DNA of 64,000 bases from Kofleriaceae bacterium (GTDB lineage Bacteria > Myxococcota_A > Polyangia > Haliangiales > Haliangiaceae). Where the stretch lies: NCBI GenBank assembly GCA_046597055.1, contig JBKJLC010000037.1, positions 32,001 to 96,000 of the forward strand, given 5' to 3'. The notes under the pieces were generated by a model. The model saw nothing but the letters and a program-made list of their open reading frames with translations, was not told the origin of the DNA and did not search any database. Position numbers and translations under genes: made by a program. Of the stretch, positions 9,229-19,612 are shown in pieces; within the stretch, counting starts at the first letter, position 1; every line of letters starts with the position of its first letter.

Positions 9229-11669
9229 GGGGCCTCCGGGCCGCGGAAGCCGCGGCTCCGCGACGAGCTGACCAGCACGGTCAGCGAGCTGAGCGGCATC
9301 ATCACGGCCGCGACCAGCGGGTGGATGAGGCCGGTCACTGCCAGGGTGCCGCCGATCAGGTTGTAGATGAGCGAGACGCGCAGGTTGCGCCGGATCACCC
9401 GCAGGGTCGCCCGGGCGCCGTCGAGCAGCTCGGCGACCGGTGCCAGCCCGGGCCGGCGCACGAACACGTCGGCGGCGTCGACCGAGGCCTCGGTGGCGCC
9501 ATGGACCGCGATCCCGCAGGTGGCGGCGGCCAGCGCGGCGGCGTCGTTGACGCCATCGCCGACCATCACCACCGGCCCCGCGGCGCGCGCGGCGCGCACC
9601 GCCTCGACCTTGCCTTCGGGCGAGACGCCGCCGCGGACATCGTCGGCGCCGATGCCGAGCGTGACCGCGACCGCGGCGACGATGCGCGGGTCGTCGCCCG
9701 ACAGGATGCCGACCCGCCAGCCGCCCGCGCGGACCCGCGCGATCACGGCGGCGGCGTCGGGCCGGATGGTGTCGGCGAACCCCGCGACCGCCACCGCCCG
9801 GCCGTCGACCGCGATCACGACCGGGGTGCGGGTGGCGGCGGCGATCGCATCGACCGCGGCCCGGATGCCGGCCGGGATCTGGGCGTGGCCGCCGATCCAG
9901 GACGCCGAGCCGACCGCGACCGCGTGGCCGGCGACCCGGCCGCGGATGCCGCGGCCGAGCTCCTCGCCGATCTCGGTGACCGCCAGCGTGGGGTCGTGCT
10001 CGATCGCCGCGACCAGCGCGCGCGCCAGGGGATGGGCGCTCGCCCGCTCGAGCGCGGCCGCCAGCGGCCGGGCGCCGACGTCGCCACGCCACTCGACCAG
10101 CCGCAGCTGGCCCTCGGTGATCGTGCCGGTCTTGTCGAGCAGCAGCAGGCCGGGCGTGGCCAGGCGCTCGAGGGCGTCGCCGCCCTTGACCAGCATGCCG
10201 CGGCGGGCGGCGCGGCCGAGCGCGACCGTCATCGCCAGCGGGGTGGCCAGCCCCAGCGCGCACGGGCAGGTGACGATCAGCAGCGCCATCGCGTGCTCGA
10301 GGCCGGTCCGGGGTCCGGCCGGCGATAGCGACCAGCCCAGCGCGGTCAGCGCGGCCACCACCAGCACGACCGTGACAAACCGGCCGGTGATGCGGTCGGC
10401 GAAGCGCTGGATCGGGGCCCGCCGGCGCGCCTCGTCGTCGATGCGCGCGATCAGCCGGCCGACCCGGGTGTCCTCGCCGGTGGCGGTGGCGCGGATCGTC
10501 AGCGGCGCGCCCAGGTTGACGGTGCCGGCGTGGACCGGGTCGCCGGCGTGGACCGCGACCGGCCGCGACTCGCCGGTGAGCAGCCCGGCGTCGACGGTCG
10601 AGCGGCCGGTCACGACCGTGCCGTCGACCGGGATGGTATCGCCGGCGCGGGCCTCGATCCGATCGCCGATCCCGATCGCCTCGACCGGGACGTCCTGGGC
10701 CACGCCCGCGGCGTCGAGCCGGCGCGCGACCCGTGGCGTGAGCGCGTGGAGCAGCTCGGCCGCGCTGGCCGCGCGCCGGTGATGCCGGCTCTGGACCCAG
10801 CGGGCCACCAGCAGCAGGAACACCAGCATCGCCAGCGAGTCGAAGTAGATCTCGCCGACGCCGCGCACCGTGTTGAGCGCGCCCCAGGCCAGGCCGACCG
10901 CGATGCCGAGCGCGAGCGGCAGGTCGAGATGGAGGCGCCCCGAGCGGACCGCGCCGATCGCGCCCCGGAAGAACGGGGACGCGGCGAAGCCGAGGGCCGG
11001 CACCGCGACCAGCATCGACGCCCACCGGAAGAAGCTGGTGTCGCCCGCGCCCATCCCGCCGAACAGGCCGGCGTAGAGCGCGATCGCGAGCAGCATGATG
11101 TTGCCGGCGGCGGCGCCGGCGACGCCGATCTTGACCAGGAGCGCGCGGTCCTCGCGCCGGCGCAGCGCCTCGCGATCGGCGCCGCGGTAGGGATGGACCG
11201 GGTGCCCGAGCCGGTCGAGCAGCCGCGCGATCGCCGACAGGTGCACCCGCCGCGGATCGAAGATCACGTCGGCGCGGCCCCGGCCGAAGTCGAGCCGGAG
11301 CTCGACCACGCCGTCGAGCAGCGCCGGGAGCCGCTCGACCAGCCACACGCACGCGGTGCAGCGCACGTCCTCGAGGTAGAGCGCGGTCGCGACCAGGCCA
11401 TCGGCGCGCGCGCGCACGTGCAGCTGGTGGAAGCCGAGGTCGTCGAGCTCGCGGTAGCTCTTGCTGGTGGTGCGCGCGGGTGCGAGCGCGTCGCCGGCCA
11501 CGCGGTAGTAGCCGTCGAGGCCGTGCTCGGCGAGGGCGTCGAACACGACCTCGCAGCCGGCGCAGCAGAACTGGCGGGCGGGGTCGGGACCGCGCAGGCC
11601 GGGCGGGACCGTCAGGCCGCAGTGGGCGCACACGACCGCGGGCGCCGCGGCGCGGGCGAGCGCGCTCAT
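9225..11669 (-). CDS. ccoI: Cu-translocating P1B ATPase CcoI/FixI
   Basis: CAHC/CCAGC N-terminus, CTAC, LTGES, CPC, DKTGT, HP, GDGVND; ATG 11669. Confidence 0.92.
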   Translation of the reverse strand: MSALARAAAPAVVCAHCGLTVPPGLRGPDPARQFCCAGCEVVFDALAEHGLDGYYRVAGDALAPARTTSKSYRELDDLGFHQLHVRARADGLVATALYLEDVRCTACVWLVERLPALLDGVVELRLDFGRGRADVIFDPRRVHLSAIARLLDRLGHPVHPYRGADREALRRREDRALLVKIGVAGAAAGNIMLLAIALYAGLFGGMGAGDTSFFRWASMLVAVPALGFAASPFFRGAIGAVRSGRLHLDLPLALGIAVGLAWGALNTVRGVGEIYFDSLAMLVFLLLVARWVQSRHHRRAASAAELLHALTPRVARRLDAAGVAQDVPVEAIGIGDRIEARAGDTIPVDGTVVTGRSTVDAGLLTGESRPVAVHAGDPVHAGTVNLGAPLTIRATATGEDTRVGRLIARIDDEARRRAPIQRFADRITGRFVTVVLVVAALTALGWSLSPAGPRTGLEHAMALLIVTCPCALGLATPLAMTVALGRAARRGMLVKGGDALERLATPGLLLLDKTGTITEGQLRLVEWRGDVGARPLAAALERASAHPLARALVAAIEHDPTLAVTEIGEELGRGIRGRVAGHAVAVGSASWIGGHAQIPAGIRAAVDAIAAATRTPVVIAVDGRAVAVAGFADTIRPDAAAVIARVRAGGWRVGILSGDDPRIVAAVAVTLGIGADDVRGGVSPEGKVEAVRAARAAGPVVMVGDGVNDAAALAAATCGIAVHGATEASVDAADVFVRRPGLAPVAELLDGARATLRVIRRNLRVSLIYNLIGGTLAVTGLIHPLVAAVMMPLSSLTVLVSSSRSRGFRGPEAP

Positions 11670-12397
11670 GGCTGCACCGGGTGGCAGGCCGGGCCGGTCG
11701 GGGCGGCGTGGGTCGCGTCGACCGCGTCGGTGGCGACGCCGGCCCGGAGCACCGGGACCCGGGCGGTGAGCGCGACCACGCCGAGGCCGATCAGCACGGT
11801 CGCGGTCACCAGTGGCAGCCGCGCGCCGAGCCGGCGGACCAGGCTGCCGGCGATCGCGCCGAGGCCGACCATCATCGGCACCGTTCCCAGCCAGAAGGTC
11901 GCCATCACCACCGCGCCGCCGACGAGCGAGCCGGTGCCGGCGGCGACCAGCACGAACGCCCACAGCCAGCCGCACGGCAAGGCGGCGCTGAGCAGCCCGA
12001 GCAGCGCCGCCCGGGTCCGCGGCCGCCGCCGGCGCAGCTGCACGACGGCGCGGTTCCAGGTGCGCGGGCGCAAGCGTGGCACCGGCACGCCGAGCGCGGC
12101 GGCGAGGGCGAGGGTGCCCCACGCGATCACCGCGAGGCCGGCGACGACCATCGCGGCCCGCTGGATGGCCGCCAGCCGGCCGGCGAGATCGACCACCGCG
12201 CCGACCCCACCGGCGATCGTGCCAAGCGTGATGTACGCGACCAGGCGGCCGCCAGCGTGGGTGAGCGCGCCGGCCCAGCGCGCCCCGCGCCGGTGGCCGG
12301 GATCGAGGTACAGCGCCTGCAACGGTCCGCACATGGCGGCGCAGTGCAGGCTGCCGACCACGCTGGCGGCGAGCACCGAGCCGAGCAACCCGATCAC
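11666..12397 (-). CDS. DsbD_2/TauE-like membrane protein of cco clusters
   Basis: [22 protein letters not shown] motifs. Confidence 0.85.
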   Translation of the reverse strand: MIGLLGSVLAASVVGSLHCAAMCGPLQALYLDPGHRRGARWAGALTHAGGRLVAYITLGTIAGGVGAVVDLAGRLAAIQRAAMVVAGLAVIAWGTLALAAALGVPVPRLRPRTWNRAVVQLRRRRPRTRAALLGLLSAALPCGWLWAFVLVAAGTGSLVGGAVVMATFWLGTVPMMVGLGAIAGSLVRRLGARLPLVTATVLIGLGVVALTARVPVLRAGVATDAVDATHAAPTGPACHPVQP

Positions 12398-12861
12398 GGC
12401 CGGCCAGTCCCGGCGAGCTCGACCAGCCGGTCGGCGACCCAGCGGTCGGGGCCGCGCTCGACGAGGATCGCGAGGTCGTGCAGGCCGGCGCGATCGCCGG
12501 GCAGGGTGGCGCGGTAGACGCCGGGGCCGGCCGCGACCAGGGTCGCCGAGGTCGGCCGATCGGTGTGGCCGCGCGGCACGCCGTGGACCGTCACCGCCGC
12601 GCCGGCCACGGGCGCGCCGGCGGGGTCGCGCACGGTCAGCTCGATCACCCGCCCGCGCGCCGCGACCGCGCCGGTCCAGCCCAGCCGCACGCTGGCCTCG
12701 GCCTCGGCCATGGTCTGGTCCCAGCCGATCGCGCGCTGGTAGTAGTCGGGCAGCACTCGACCCCGGGTGCTGCCGGCCGCGCCGATCAGCACCGCGACCG
12801 CGACCGCGTTGCCGACCAGCAGGCCGACGATGATTCCGATCCAGCGGGCTCCAGGGCTCAT
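12394..12861 (-). CDS. ccoH: FixH/CcoH family protein
   Basis: N-terminal TM, PDYYQRAIGWD, Ig-like C-terminus; located between ccoG and the DsbD-like gene. Confidence 0.8.
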   Translation of the reverse strand: MSPGARWIGIIVGLLVGNAVAVAVLIGAAGSTRGRVLPDYYQRAIGWDQTMAEAEASVRLGWTGAVAARGRVIELTVRDPAGAPVAGAAVTVHGVPRGHTDRPTSATLVAAGPGVYRATLPGDRAGLHDLAILVERGPDRWVADRLVELAGTGRP

Positions 12862-14330
12862 GGCGTGGGCTCCGGACCCAGGAGCGTGAGCTCGAGGGTC
12901 GTGTGCCAGCCGAGGTCGTCGGCGACGACGACCCGGGCCGGGTGGCGGCCGTGCGCGAACCGCGCGCGCGGCGACAGGACGAACAGCGGCACCACGGTGG
13001 CGGCGCCGGCGGCGAGCGGGTAGCTGCCGCGCGGATCGATCACCCGGGCGTCGGGCACGTCGAGCACGCGCACGGTGTAGGTCCGGGCCGCGCCGGCCCG
13101 GTTCTCGATCTTGATCCGGACCGGGGTCGACACCGTGCCGTCGGCGAGCAGCGTGAACGGGTCGCCGTCGGAGCGGAGCAGCCACACGTCGGCCTCGGTG
13201 CGCGCGCGCACCTGGCCGACGAACAGCACCGCCACCACCAGCAGCAGCGCCGGGTAGATCACGGTGCGCGCGCGCCACACCTCGCGCACGCGCCCGGCGA
13301 GCTCCGCCTTGGACGTGTAGCGGATCAAGCCGCGGGGCCGCTCGAGCCGGTCCATGATCGGGTCGCAGGCGTCGATGCACTGGGCGCAGCCGATACATTC
13401 CATCTGCAAGCCCTGGCGGATGTCGATGCCGGTCGGGCAGGTGGTGACGCACGCGCGGCAGTCGACACAGTCGCCGGCCGGCTGCGCGGGCGCGGCCGGC
13501 GCGGGCATGGGGGCGGCGCCCGAGAGCACGACCAGGCTGCGCGCGCGCTTGCCGCCGGGCGCCTTGCCGCGCGGCTCGCCGCGGCGCTCGTCGTAGCCGA
13601 CGATCAGCGAGTGTTCGTCGAGCATCACGCTCTGCAGGCGTCCATACGGGCAGGCCACCACGCAGGTCTGTTCGCGGAAGTACGCGAAGTCGCCGAACAT
13701 GAGCGCGGTCACCGTCAGCACGACGCCGAACCCGACCGGATGGACCGCCGGCGACGATCGCACCCACGAGGCGACCGTCGACGCTCCGACGAAGTACGAC
13801 AGGAAGGTATGGGCCAGCGCGAACGCGAGCACGGCGTAGACCAGCCACTTCGCGACCCGGCGCCACGACCGGCCGCCGCGGGCGTCGAGGTGGCGTGACG
13901 CCGACGGGCTGCCCTCGAACAGGCGCTCGATCGGACGGAACACCCACTCCAGATAGATCGTCTGCGGGCAGCCCCAGCCGCACCACACCCGGCCCGCGAG
14001 CGTGGTCACCAGGACCACCGCGAGCGCGACAGTGAGGCCGAACAGCATCAGGATGTAGCCGTCGGCGGGGCGGAAGGTCGCGCCGAAGAAGGTGAACTCG
14101 CGCCGCAGCAGGTCAAGCAGGATCGCCGGCTTGCCGCCGAGCTCGAGGTACGGCAGCGACACGAACAGCGCGATCAGCGCGTAGCCGACCGCCCGCCGCG
14201 CGGCATGGAACCGTCCCGGCGAGACCCGGGGATGCAGCGTGCACCGCGAGCCATCGCGGTTGAGCGTGGACAGCACCGGCGCCGGGGCCTGGACGATCCC
14301 CGGGATCGAGGCGGCGCGCGGGGCCGACAT
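12858..14330 (-). CDS. ccoG: cbb3 accessory protein CcoG (4Fe-4S)
   Basis: GRVWCGWGCPQT, CPYGRLQ, RGEPRG, CVDCRACVTTCPTGIDIR, CIGCAQCIDAC. Confidence 0.93.
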   Translation of the reverse strand: MSAPRAASIPGIVQAPAPVLSTLNRDGSRCTLHPRVSPGRFHAARRAVGYALIALFVSLPYLELGGKPAILLDLLRREFTFFGATFRPADGYILMLFGLTVALAVVLVTTLAGRVWCGWGCPQTIYLEWVFRPIERLFEGSPSASRHLDARGGRSWRRVAKWLVYAVLAFALAHTFLSYFVGASTVASWVRSSPAVHPVGFGVVLTVTALMFGDFAYFREQTCVVACPYGRLQSVMLDEHSLIVGYDERRGEPRGKAPGGKRARSLVVLSGAAPMPAPAAPAQPAGDCVDCRACVTTCPTGIDIRQGLQMECIGCAQCIDACDPIMDRLERPRGLIRYTSKAELAGRVREVWRARTVIYPALLLVVAVLFVGQVRARTEADVWLLRSDGDPFTLLADGTVSTPVRIKIENRAGAARTYTVRVLDVPDARVIDPRGSYPLAAGAATVVPLFVLSPRARFAHGRHPARVVVADDLGWHTTLELTLLGPEPTP

Positions 14331-14968
14331 CAGAAAATCTCGACGCGCCGGCCCTCGGCGGCCTTGCCGGCCGGTGCGTCGGTGCCGCGCAGGCGGATCA
14401 CCCACACCGTCGCGGCGTTGACCTCGGCTGGCGGCAGCACCGCGCCCCACGCGAGCATGCCCTTCTCGGGGACGCCGGCGCTGATCGTGTGGTGGAGATC
14501 GAGCCGGGTGGCCCCGTGGATCTGGAAGCGGTCGGTGAGGTTGGGGCCGACCAGGCCGCGGCCGTCGTCAGCGTGACAGCTCACGCAGTGCTTGACGAAC
14601 ACCGCCTGGCCGGTGGCGACCACCGCCGGATCCTTGGCCAGCGCGGTCAGCGCGGCCTCGTCGAGCACGACCTCCTCTTGGGCGGCGCCGGCGCGCACGG
14701 CCTCGAGCTCGCGCAGGTCGGCGGCGTACACCTCGTGGTCCGACCGACCGGGCCCACCGCCGTGATACCAGTACAGGTAGCCCACCGAGTACGCGATGGT
14801 CAGCGCGAAGAGGCCCTTCCACCAGAACGGCATCGGGTTGTCGTACTCGCGAATGCCGTCGTACTCGTGATGCAGCAGCAGGGCCTCGTCGGTGGCGTCG
14901 CGGCCCGCGGTGGCGCCGTCGTCGCCATCGTCGTGGTCGCGATCCGGGAGCTCGAGCGCGGTCATCAT
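14330..14968 (-). CDS. ccoP: cbb3 oxidase subunit III CcoP (monoheme)
   Basis: HEYDGIREYDNPMPFWW, CVSCH, GPNLTD, KGMLAW. Confidence 0.92.
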   Translation of the reverse strand: MMTALELPDRDHDDGDDGATAGRDATDEALLLHHEYDGIREYDNPMPFWWKGLFALTIAYSVGYLYWYHGGGPGRSDHEVYAADLRELEAVRAGAAQEEVVLDEAALTALAKDPAVVATGQAVFVKHCVSCHADDGRGLVGPNLTDRFQIHGATRLDLHHTISAGVPEKGMLAWGAVLPPAEVNAATVWVIRLRGTDAPAGKAAEGRRVEIF

Positions 14969-15153
14969 CGACCTCCGGTGCGCGGGTCGGGGGCGCCGTC
15001 GTCGAACGGCAGCGCGGCGGCCAGATCGTGCTCGGCGCGCGACCGCACCAGCGCACGGATGCTGACCGCGATGAACACGGCGAAGAAGAGGAGCATCGCG
15101 ACCTCGGTGAGCTGACCGGGGGTCAGCCGCGAGACCAGCTCGGATAGACGCAT
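14965..15153 (-). CDS. ccoQ: cbb3 oxidase subunit CcoQ
   Basis: Single TM followed by AAALPFDD; between ccoNO and ccoP. Confidence 0.75.
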   Translation of the reverse strand: MRLSELVSRLTPGQLTEVAMLLFFAVFIAVSIRALVRSRAEHDLAAALPFDDGAPDPRTGGR

Positions 15154-15154
15154 G

Positions 15155-17368
15155 TCAGTTGCCTCCGGTGGCGACGGTGGCCGCCGCCGCCTTCTTGATG
15201 TCGGTGCCCAGCCGCTGCATGTACGCGATCAGCGCGATCACCTCGCGATCGGCGACCCCGGTGGGACCGCCCTGCGCGGCGAGCTCGGCGGCGAGCTGCT
15301 CGGCCTGGAGCCGGGCCAGCCCGCCGGCGTCGTCGAGCGCGGCCCGGCTGTACGGGGTGCCGAGCATCGCCAGCGCGTCGACCCGGTCCTGGACGTCGCC
15401 GAACGGGATGCGGTCCGCGAACAGGTGCGGGTAGCTCGGCATGAGCGAGCCCTTCGAGGTCGCCCGTGGATCCTCGAAGTGGCGCCAGTGCCAGACGTGG
15501 TTGCGCTTGCCGCCCTCGCGGTGCAGATCGGGGCCGATCCGGCGGCTGCCCCACTGGAACGGACGGTCGTAGATGAACTCGCCGGGCTTGGAGTACTCGC
15601 CGTACCGCACCGTCTCGTCGACGAACGGCCGGATCATCTGCGAGTGGCAGTTGTAGCAACCCTCGCGGATGTAGATGTCACGGCCGTAGACCTCGAGCGG
15701 CGTGTACGGCTTGACCGCGGCGATGCGCGGCACGTTGTCGCCGATCAGGAACGCCGGCAGGATCTCGAACAGCGACGCGACGATCACCGCGATCGTGACG
15801 AGCACGGTGAACACCGCCGGCATGCCCTCCCAGCGGCGGTGCCAGTAGGTCGAGGCCGCCTCGGGCCGCAGCGCGCGCGGGTCGGCGGCCACCGGCGTGC
15901 GCCAGGTCGGCACCGGCACGGTGACGTCGAGGTCGGCGTACACGGCGGGCCGGGCCAGCCAGGTCCGGTAGACGTTGTAGATGCCGATCAGCGTCCCGGC
16001 GATGTAGAGCGAGCCGCCGATCATGCGCACCCAGTACATCGGGACCAGCCGCACGGTGGTCTCGACGAAGTCGGGGAACTGCAGGCGGCCGGTGTCGTCG
16101 AACGCGCGCCACATGAGGCCCTCGGTGATGCCGGCGGCCCACAGCGCGATCACGTAGAGGACGATGCCCACGGTCGACACCCAGAAGTGGGCCGACGCCA
16201 GCTGCTTGGAGTACAGCGGCGTCTGGAACAGCCGCGGGACCAGCCAGTACACCATCCCGAAGATCATGAAGCCGACCCAGCCGAGCGCACCGCCGTGGAC
16301 GTGGGCGATGTTCCAGTTGGTGTAGTGCGACAGCGCGTTGATGCTCTTCACCGACATCATCGGGCCCTCGAACGTCGCCATCCCGTAGAACGTGATCGCG
16401 ACGACGAAGAACTTGAGCACCGGGTCCTCGGCGACCTTGTTCCAGGCGCCGCGCAGCGTGAGCAGGCCGTTGATCATGCCGCCCCACGACGGCATCCACA
16501 GCATCACCGAGAAGATCATCCCCAGCGTCGACGCCCACGCCGGCAGCGCCGTGTAGTGGAGGTGGTGGGGCCCGGCCCAGATGTAGATGAACACCAGGCT
16601 CCAGAAGTGGAGGATCGACAGCCGGTAGCTGAAGACCGGCCGCTCGGCCGCCTTGGGCAGGAAGTAGTACATGAGCCCGAGGAAGGGCGTGGTCAGGAAG
16701 AACGCGACCGCGTTGTGCCCGTACCACCACTGCATGAAGGCGTCCTGGACGCCGGCGTAGATCGAGTAGCTCTTGAGCGGCCCGGCCGGGATCACGAGGT
16801 TGTTGAAGATGTGGAGGATGGCGACGGTGATGATCGTCGCGATGTAGAACCACAGCGCCACGTAGAGGTGGCGCTCGCGGCGGCGCGCGATCGTGCCGAA
16901 GAAGTTGACCGCGAAGACCACCCACACGACGGTGATCGCGAGATCGATCGGCCACTCGAGCTCGGCGTACTCCTTGCCCTGGGTGTAGCCGAGCGGCAGC
17001 GTGATCGCCGCGGCCACGATGATGAGCTGCCAGCCCCAGAAGTGGATGGCCGACAGCGTGTCGCTGAACATGCGGGCCTTGAGCAGCCGCTGCGACGAGT
17101 AGTAGATCGCCGCGAACATGCCGTTGCCGGCGAACGCGAAGATCACGGCGTTGGTGTGGAGCGGCCGCAGCCGGCCGAACGTGAAGTACGGCGCGAAGTT
17201 CAGGCTGGGCCACACCAGCTGCGCCGCGATCCACAGCCCGACCAGCATGCCTACCGCGCCCCACACCAGGGTGGCGGTGACGAACTTGCGGACGATCGCG
17301 TCGTCGTAGCGGAAGGTCTCGGTGCGGCGCGGCGTCGCATCGGACGGGGAGTCGACGTCAGTGCTCAT
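15155..17368 (-). CDS. ccoN: cbb3 oxidase fused subunits I/II (CcoNO)
   Basis: FGRLRPLHTN, WWYGHNAV, WAGPHHLH, HVHGG; C-terminal EGCYNCHSQMIRP, WGSRRIGPDL. Confidence 0.96.
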   Translation of the reverse strand: MSTDVDSPSDATPRRTETFRYDDAIVRKFVTATLVWGAVGMLVGLWIAAQLVWPSLNFAPYFTFGRLRPLHTNAVIFAFAGNGMFAAIYYSSQRLLKARMFSDTLSAIHFWGWQLIIVAAAITLPLGYTQGKEYAELEWPIDLAITVVWVVFAVNFFGTIARRRERHLYVALWFYIATIITVAILHIFNNLVIPAGPLKSYSIYAGVQDAFMQWWYGHNAVAFFLTTPFLGLMYYFLPKAAERPVFSYRLSILHFWSLVFIYIWAGPHHLHYTALPAWASTLGMIFSVMLWMPSWGGMINGLLTLRGAWNKVAEDPVLKFFVVAITFYGMATFEGPMMSVKSINALSHYTNWNIAHVHGGALGWVGFMIFGMVYWLVPRLFQTPLYSKQLASAHFWVSTVGIVLYVIALWAAGITEGLMWRAFDDTGRLQFPDFVETTVRLVPMYWVRMIGGSLYIAGTLIGIYNVYRTWLARPAVYADLDVTVPVPTWRTPVAADPRALRPEAASTYWHRRWEGMPAVFTVLVTIAVIVASLFEILPAFLIGDNVPRIAAVKPYTPLEVYGRDIYIREGCYNCHSQMIRPFVDETVRYGEYSKPGEFIYDRPFQWGSRRIGPDLHREGGKRNHVWHWRHFEDPRATSKGSLMPSYPHLFADRIPFGDVQDRVDALAMLGTPYSRAALDDAGGLARLQAEQLAAELAAQGGPTGVADREVIALIAYMQRLGTDIKKAAAATVATGGN

Positions 17369-17383
17369 CGTGTGCTGGTACTC

Positions 17384-17400
17384 AGCAACCGGTGTGCCCG
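17384..17400 (-). promoter_or_regulatory. sigma-54 promoter of cco operon
   Basis: Minus strand CGGGCACACCGGTTGCT. Confidence 0.75.
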
Positions 17401-17457
17401 CAGGACCGGCGCGGTCCGCGCAAGGTTTTCGTGGGCCCCGGTCGTGGCGTGCTTCGG

Positions 17458-17472
17458 GCGCAGGTCCTGCGC
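17458..17472. promoter_or_regulatory. GCGCA-N5-TGCGC palindrome
   Basis: GCGCAGGTCCTGCGC; degenerate copy at 17418-17432. Confidence 0.6.
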
Positions 17473-17512
17473 GGCAGGTTCCGGCTGCGCGGCGTCGTGC
17501 GGGCCGACCCGG

Positions 17513-17529
17513 GTGGCGCATCGCGTGCA
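17513..17529 (+). promoter_or_regulatory. sigma-54-like promoter (divergent from cco)
   Basis: GTGGCGCATCGCGTGCA; -12 C lies 16 nt before ATG 17544. Confidence 0.5.
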
Positions 17530-17543
17530 GTCGAGTCCCGGTC

Positions 17544-18048
17544 ATGACCGAGGTGGTCCGCGCTGCGGGTGCCCCTGACGCGATCGATGGCCGGTGGATC
17601 GTGACGTTCGTCGTGGCCGAGCTGGTGGGACTCGGTGGCATCGTGCTGGTCGGCGCCCACCTCGGCGACCTGGTCGAGCGGTCGCCGCTCGGCTCGATCG
17701 CGCTGGGCGCGGCGGTCGGCGTGCTCGGGGGCGGGTTGGTGGCTGGGCTGCTCGGGCGCCGACTCCGAGCCCGGCATGCCCCGCTCGAGCGACGGCGGTG
17801 GGCCTGCGGCACGGTCGCGGGAGGCGTGCTGGCCTGCGGCGTGGCCGCGGTGGTGCTGTTCCTGCGGGTCGTCGACCCCGGCGTGACCGCCGGGCCCGGG
17901 CCGATCCGCCAGCCGAGGCGGCCGGCCGGGGGCGGTGCTCGTCGGCGTCGTGGGGGCGCTGGTCGGCATCGCGACCGGATTCACCGTTTGGCACGAGGCG
18001 CATTGTGACGAGCAAGCGCAGGGCGCGCTGGTCGCCGAGCGGGCGTGA
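17544..18048 (+). pseudogene. membrane protein, probably frameshifted
   Basis: Three TM segments in the ATG-17544 frame; a fourth (AVLVGVVGALVGIATGF) continues in the +1 frame from about 17930 to TGA 18048. Confidence 0.45.
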
Positions 18049-18083
18049 CGGCCACGAACCAGGCCGCAAGGGTGCAGCAGCGG

Positions 18084-18545
18084 TCAGCGCGGCTGGCTGC
18101 GCCGGAGCGAGGCCAGCGGGTACACTGGCTCGCCGCGGCACACCTCGGCCCGGCCGCAGCGTGGATTGACGAAGACCAGGTCGGCGTACACCGAGGCGAA
18201 CGCGGCGGCCAGGCGTCGCTCGAGCGCGCCGCGCGCGGGCGGGGCCGGACCGGCCAGGTCGGCAGCCGCGACCGCAAACATGGCTGGCAGCCCGTGCGGG
18301 TCGAGGTCCTTCCACTCGCACGACTCGCCGGCCGGCCCCGGCGCGGTGGGCCACAGGGGCTCCTGGGGCGCGCAGTCGGGGTGGGTGCCGCACGCCTCGG
18401 TCTTGCGGACGCGGGCGCGGAACGCGAGCTCCACCAGGTCCTGGCAGGCGGCGCGATCGAGCGTGGGCGCGACCGCGCAGGCGCGGGCCGTGATCGCCTC
18501 GACCACGCCGGCGAACGTCTGGTCTCCGAGGAAGAGCTGATACAC
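18084..18545 (-). CDS. hypothetical Cys-containing protein
   Basis: GAGGT before GTG; CGTHPDC and CGRAEVC motifs. Confidence 0.6.
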   Translation of the reverse strand: MYQLFLGDQTFAGVVEAITARACAVAPTLDRAACQDLVELAFRARVRKTEACGTHPDCAPQEPLWPTAPGPAGESCEWKDLDPHGLPAMFAVAAADLAGPAPPARGALERRLAAAFASVYADLVFVNPRCGRAEVCRGEPVYPLASLRRSQPR

Positions 18546-18556
18546 GGGAGACCTCG

Positions 18557-18673
18557 TCAGGTGATCATGAAGACGACCATCACCGCGACCAGCCCGCAGA
18601 CCAGGGCGGTCCAGATCAGGATCTCGAGGACGAGGTGCATGCCGCTCGGCGGGCTCGTGGGCGCGATAGCCAT
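18557..18673 (-). CDS. small single-TM protein (38 aa)
   Basis: MAIAPTSPPSGMHLVLEILIWTALVCGLVAVMVVFMIT; directly after a sigma-54-like promoter. Confidence 0.5.
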   Translation of the reverse strand: MAIAPTSPPSGMHLVLEILIWTALVCGLVAVMVVFMIT

Positions 18674-18686
18674 GGTGAGCCTGCCG

Positions 18687-18703
18687 AGCACGGCGCGTGC
18701 CGG
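18687..18703 (-). promoter_or_regulatory. sigma-54 promoter
   Basis: Minus strand CCGGCACGCGCCGTGCT. Confidence 0.6.
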
Positions 18704-18762
18704 GGACCGACGCGACCGAACGCGAAAAGCCTGCGCCGCGCGGCGCCCGACCTCACGGGTGC

Positions 18763-18777
18763 GCGCACGGGTTGCGC
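18763..18777. promoter_or_regulatory. GCGCA-N5-TGCGC palindrome
   Basis: GCGCACGGGTTGCGC; degenerate copy at 18722-18736. Confidence 0.6.
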
Positions 18778-18789
18778 AGCCGTCGTGGC

Positions 18790-19566
18790 TCAGGCGGCCA
18801 CGAGCCGCGCGAGGTCGAGGCCGCTGGCCACGCCGGTGATCTCGGGCCCGACGAACGCGACCACCCGCCAGACCGCGAGCGCCGCGGCCTGCGCGGCGGC
18901 GTCGTGCAGGAAGGTCCGCGCCGGCAGACACAGGATCGCGCGCTCGCAGGCATCTTCGACCGCGGTCGTCGGCGGCAGGTCGCGGGCGACCAGGGCATCG
19001 AGCGGCGTGAACACGCCGATCGGCCACTGGTCCCGCATCACGACCACGTCGGTCGAGCCCTGGGCGAGCGCGGCCGCGGCGGTCGCGACCGTCGCCGAGG
19101 CGCGCACCGTGGTCACCGGCCCGCGGGTCACCTCCGACAGCGGGAGCTGGACCCGGGCGTCGCGCACCGCGGCGGTCAGGTCGAGGGTGGTGATGACGCC
19201 GACCGCGCGGCCACCCGCGACGACGAACAGCCGGTGGACCCGGGCGGCGACCATCTGCCGGGCCGCGTCGCGCAGCGAGGTCTCCGGCGTGCACACCAGC
19301 GGCGTGTGGGTGACCAGCGCGGCGACCCGCAGCTCGGGCACCACCAGCACGTGCTGGCCGCGGTGGCGACCGGGCTCGATCCGACCGGCGTGCAGCAGGT
19401 CGGTCCGCGAGATCACGCCGGCGAAGGTGCCGTCGTCATCGGCGACGGGCAGCGCCGAGATGCGCTGGTCGTCGAGGAGCCGGGCGACCGCGGACAGCAG
19501 GGTGTCGCTGGTGACCACGACCAGGTCGGTGGACATGTACGACGAGACGGGCTGGCGGAAAGGCAT
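18790..19566 (-). CDS. CBS-domain protein (paralog of 8262-9050)
   Basis: ISALPV..GVISRTDLL, VHRLFVV, WPIGVFT..ARDLP. Confidence 0.85.
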   Translation of the reverse strand: MPFRQPVSSYMSTDLVVVTSDTLLSAVARLLDDQRISALPVADDDGTFAGVISRTDLLHAGRIEPGRHRGQHVLVVPELRVAALVTHTPLVCTPETSLRDAARQMVAARVHRLFVVAGGRAVGVITTLDLTAAVRDARVQLPLSEVTRGPVTTVRASATVATAAAALAQGSTDVVVMRDQWPIGVFTPLDALVARDLPPTTAVEDACERAILCLPARTFLHDAAAQAAALAVWRVVAFVGPEITGVASGLDLARLVAA

Positions 19567-19578
19567 GGCGGGTCCGAC

Positions 19579-19595
19579 TGCAGGTTCTCGGCCAG
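19579..19595 (-). promoter_or_regulatory. sigma-54-like promoter
   Basis: Minus strand CTGGCCGAGAACCTGCA; -12 C lies 14 nt before ATG 19566. Confidence 0.4.
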
Positions 19596-19612
19596 CGCCG
19601 CCGGCGCGCAGG

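Noticed and set aside
15155..17368. ccoN-ccoO fusion as a novelty
   Set aside because: Known arrangement in several phyla
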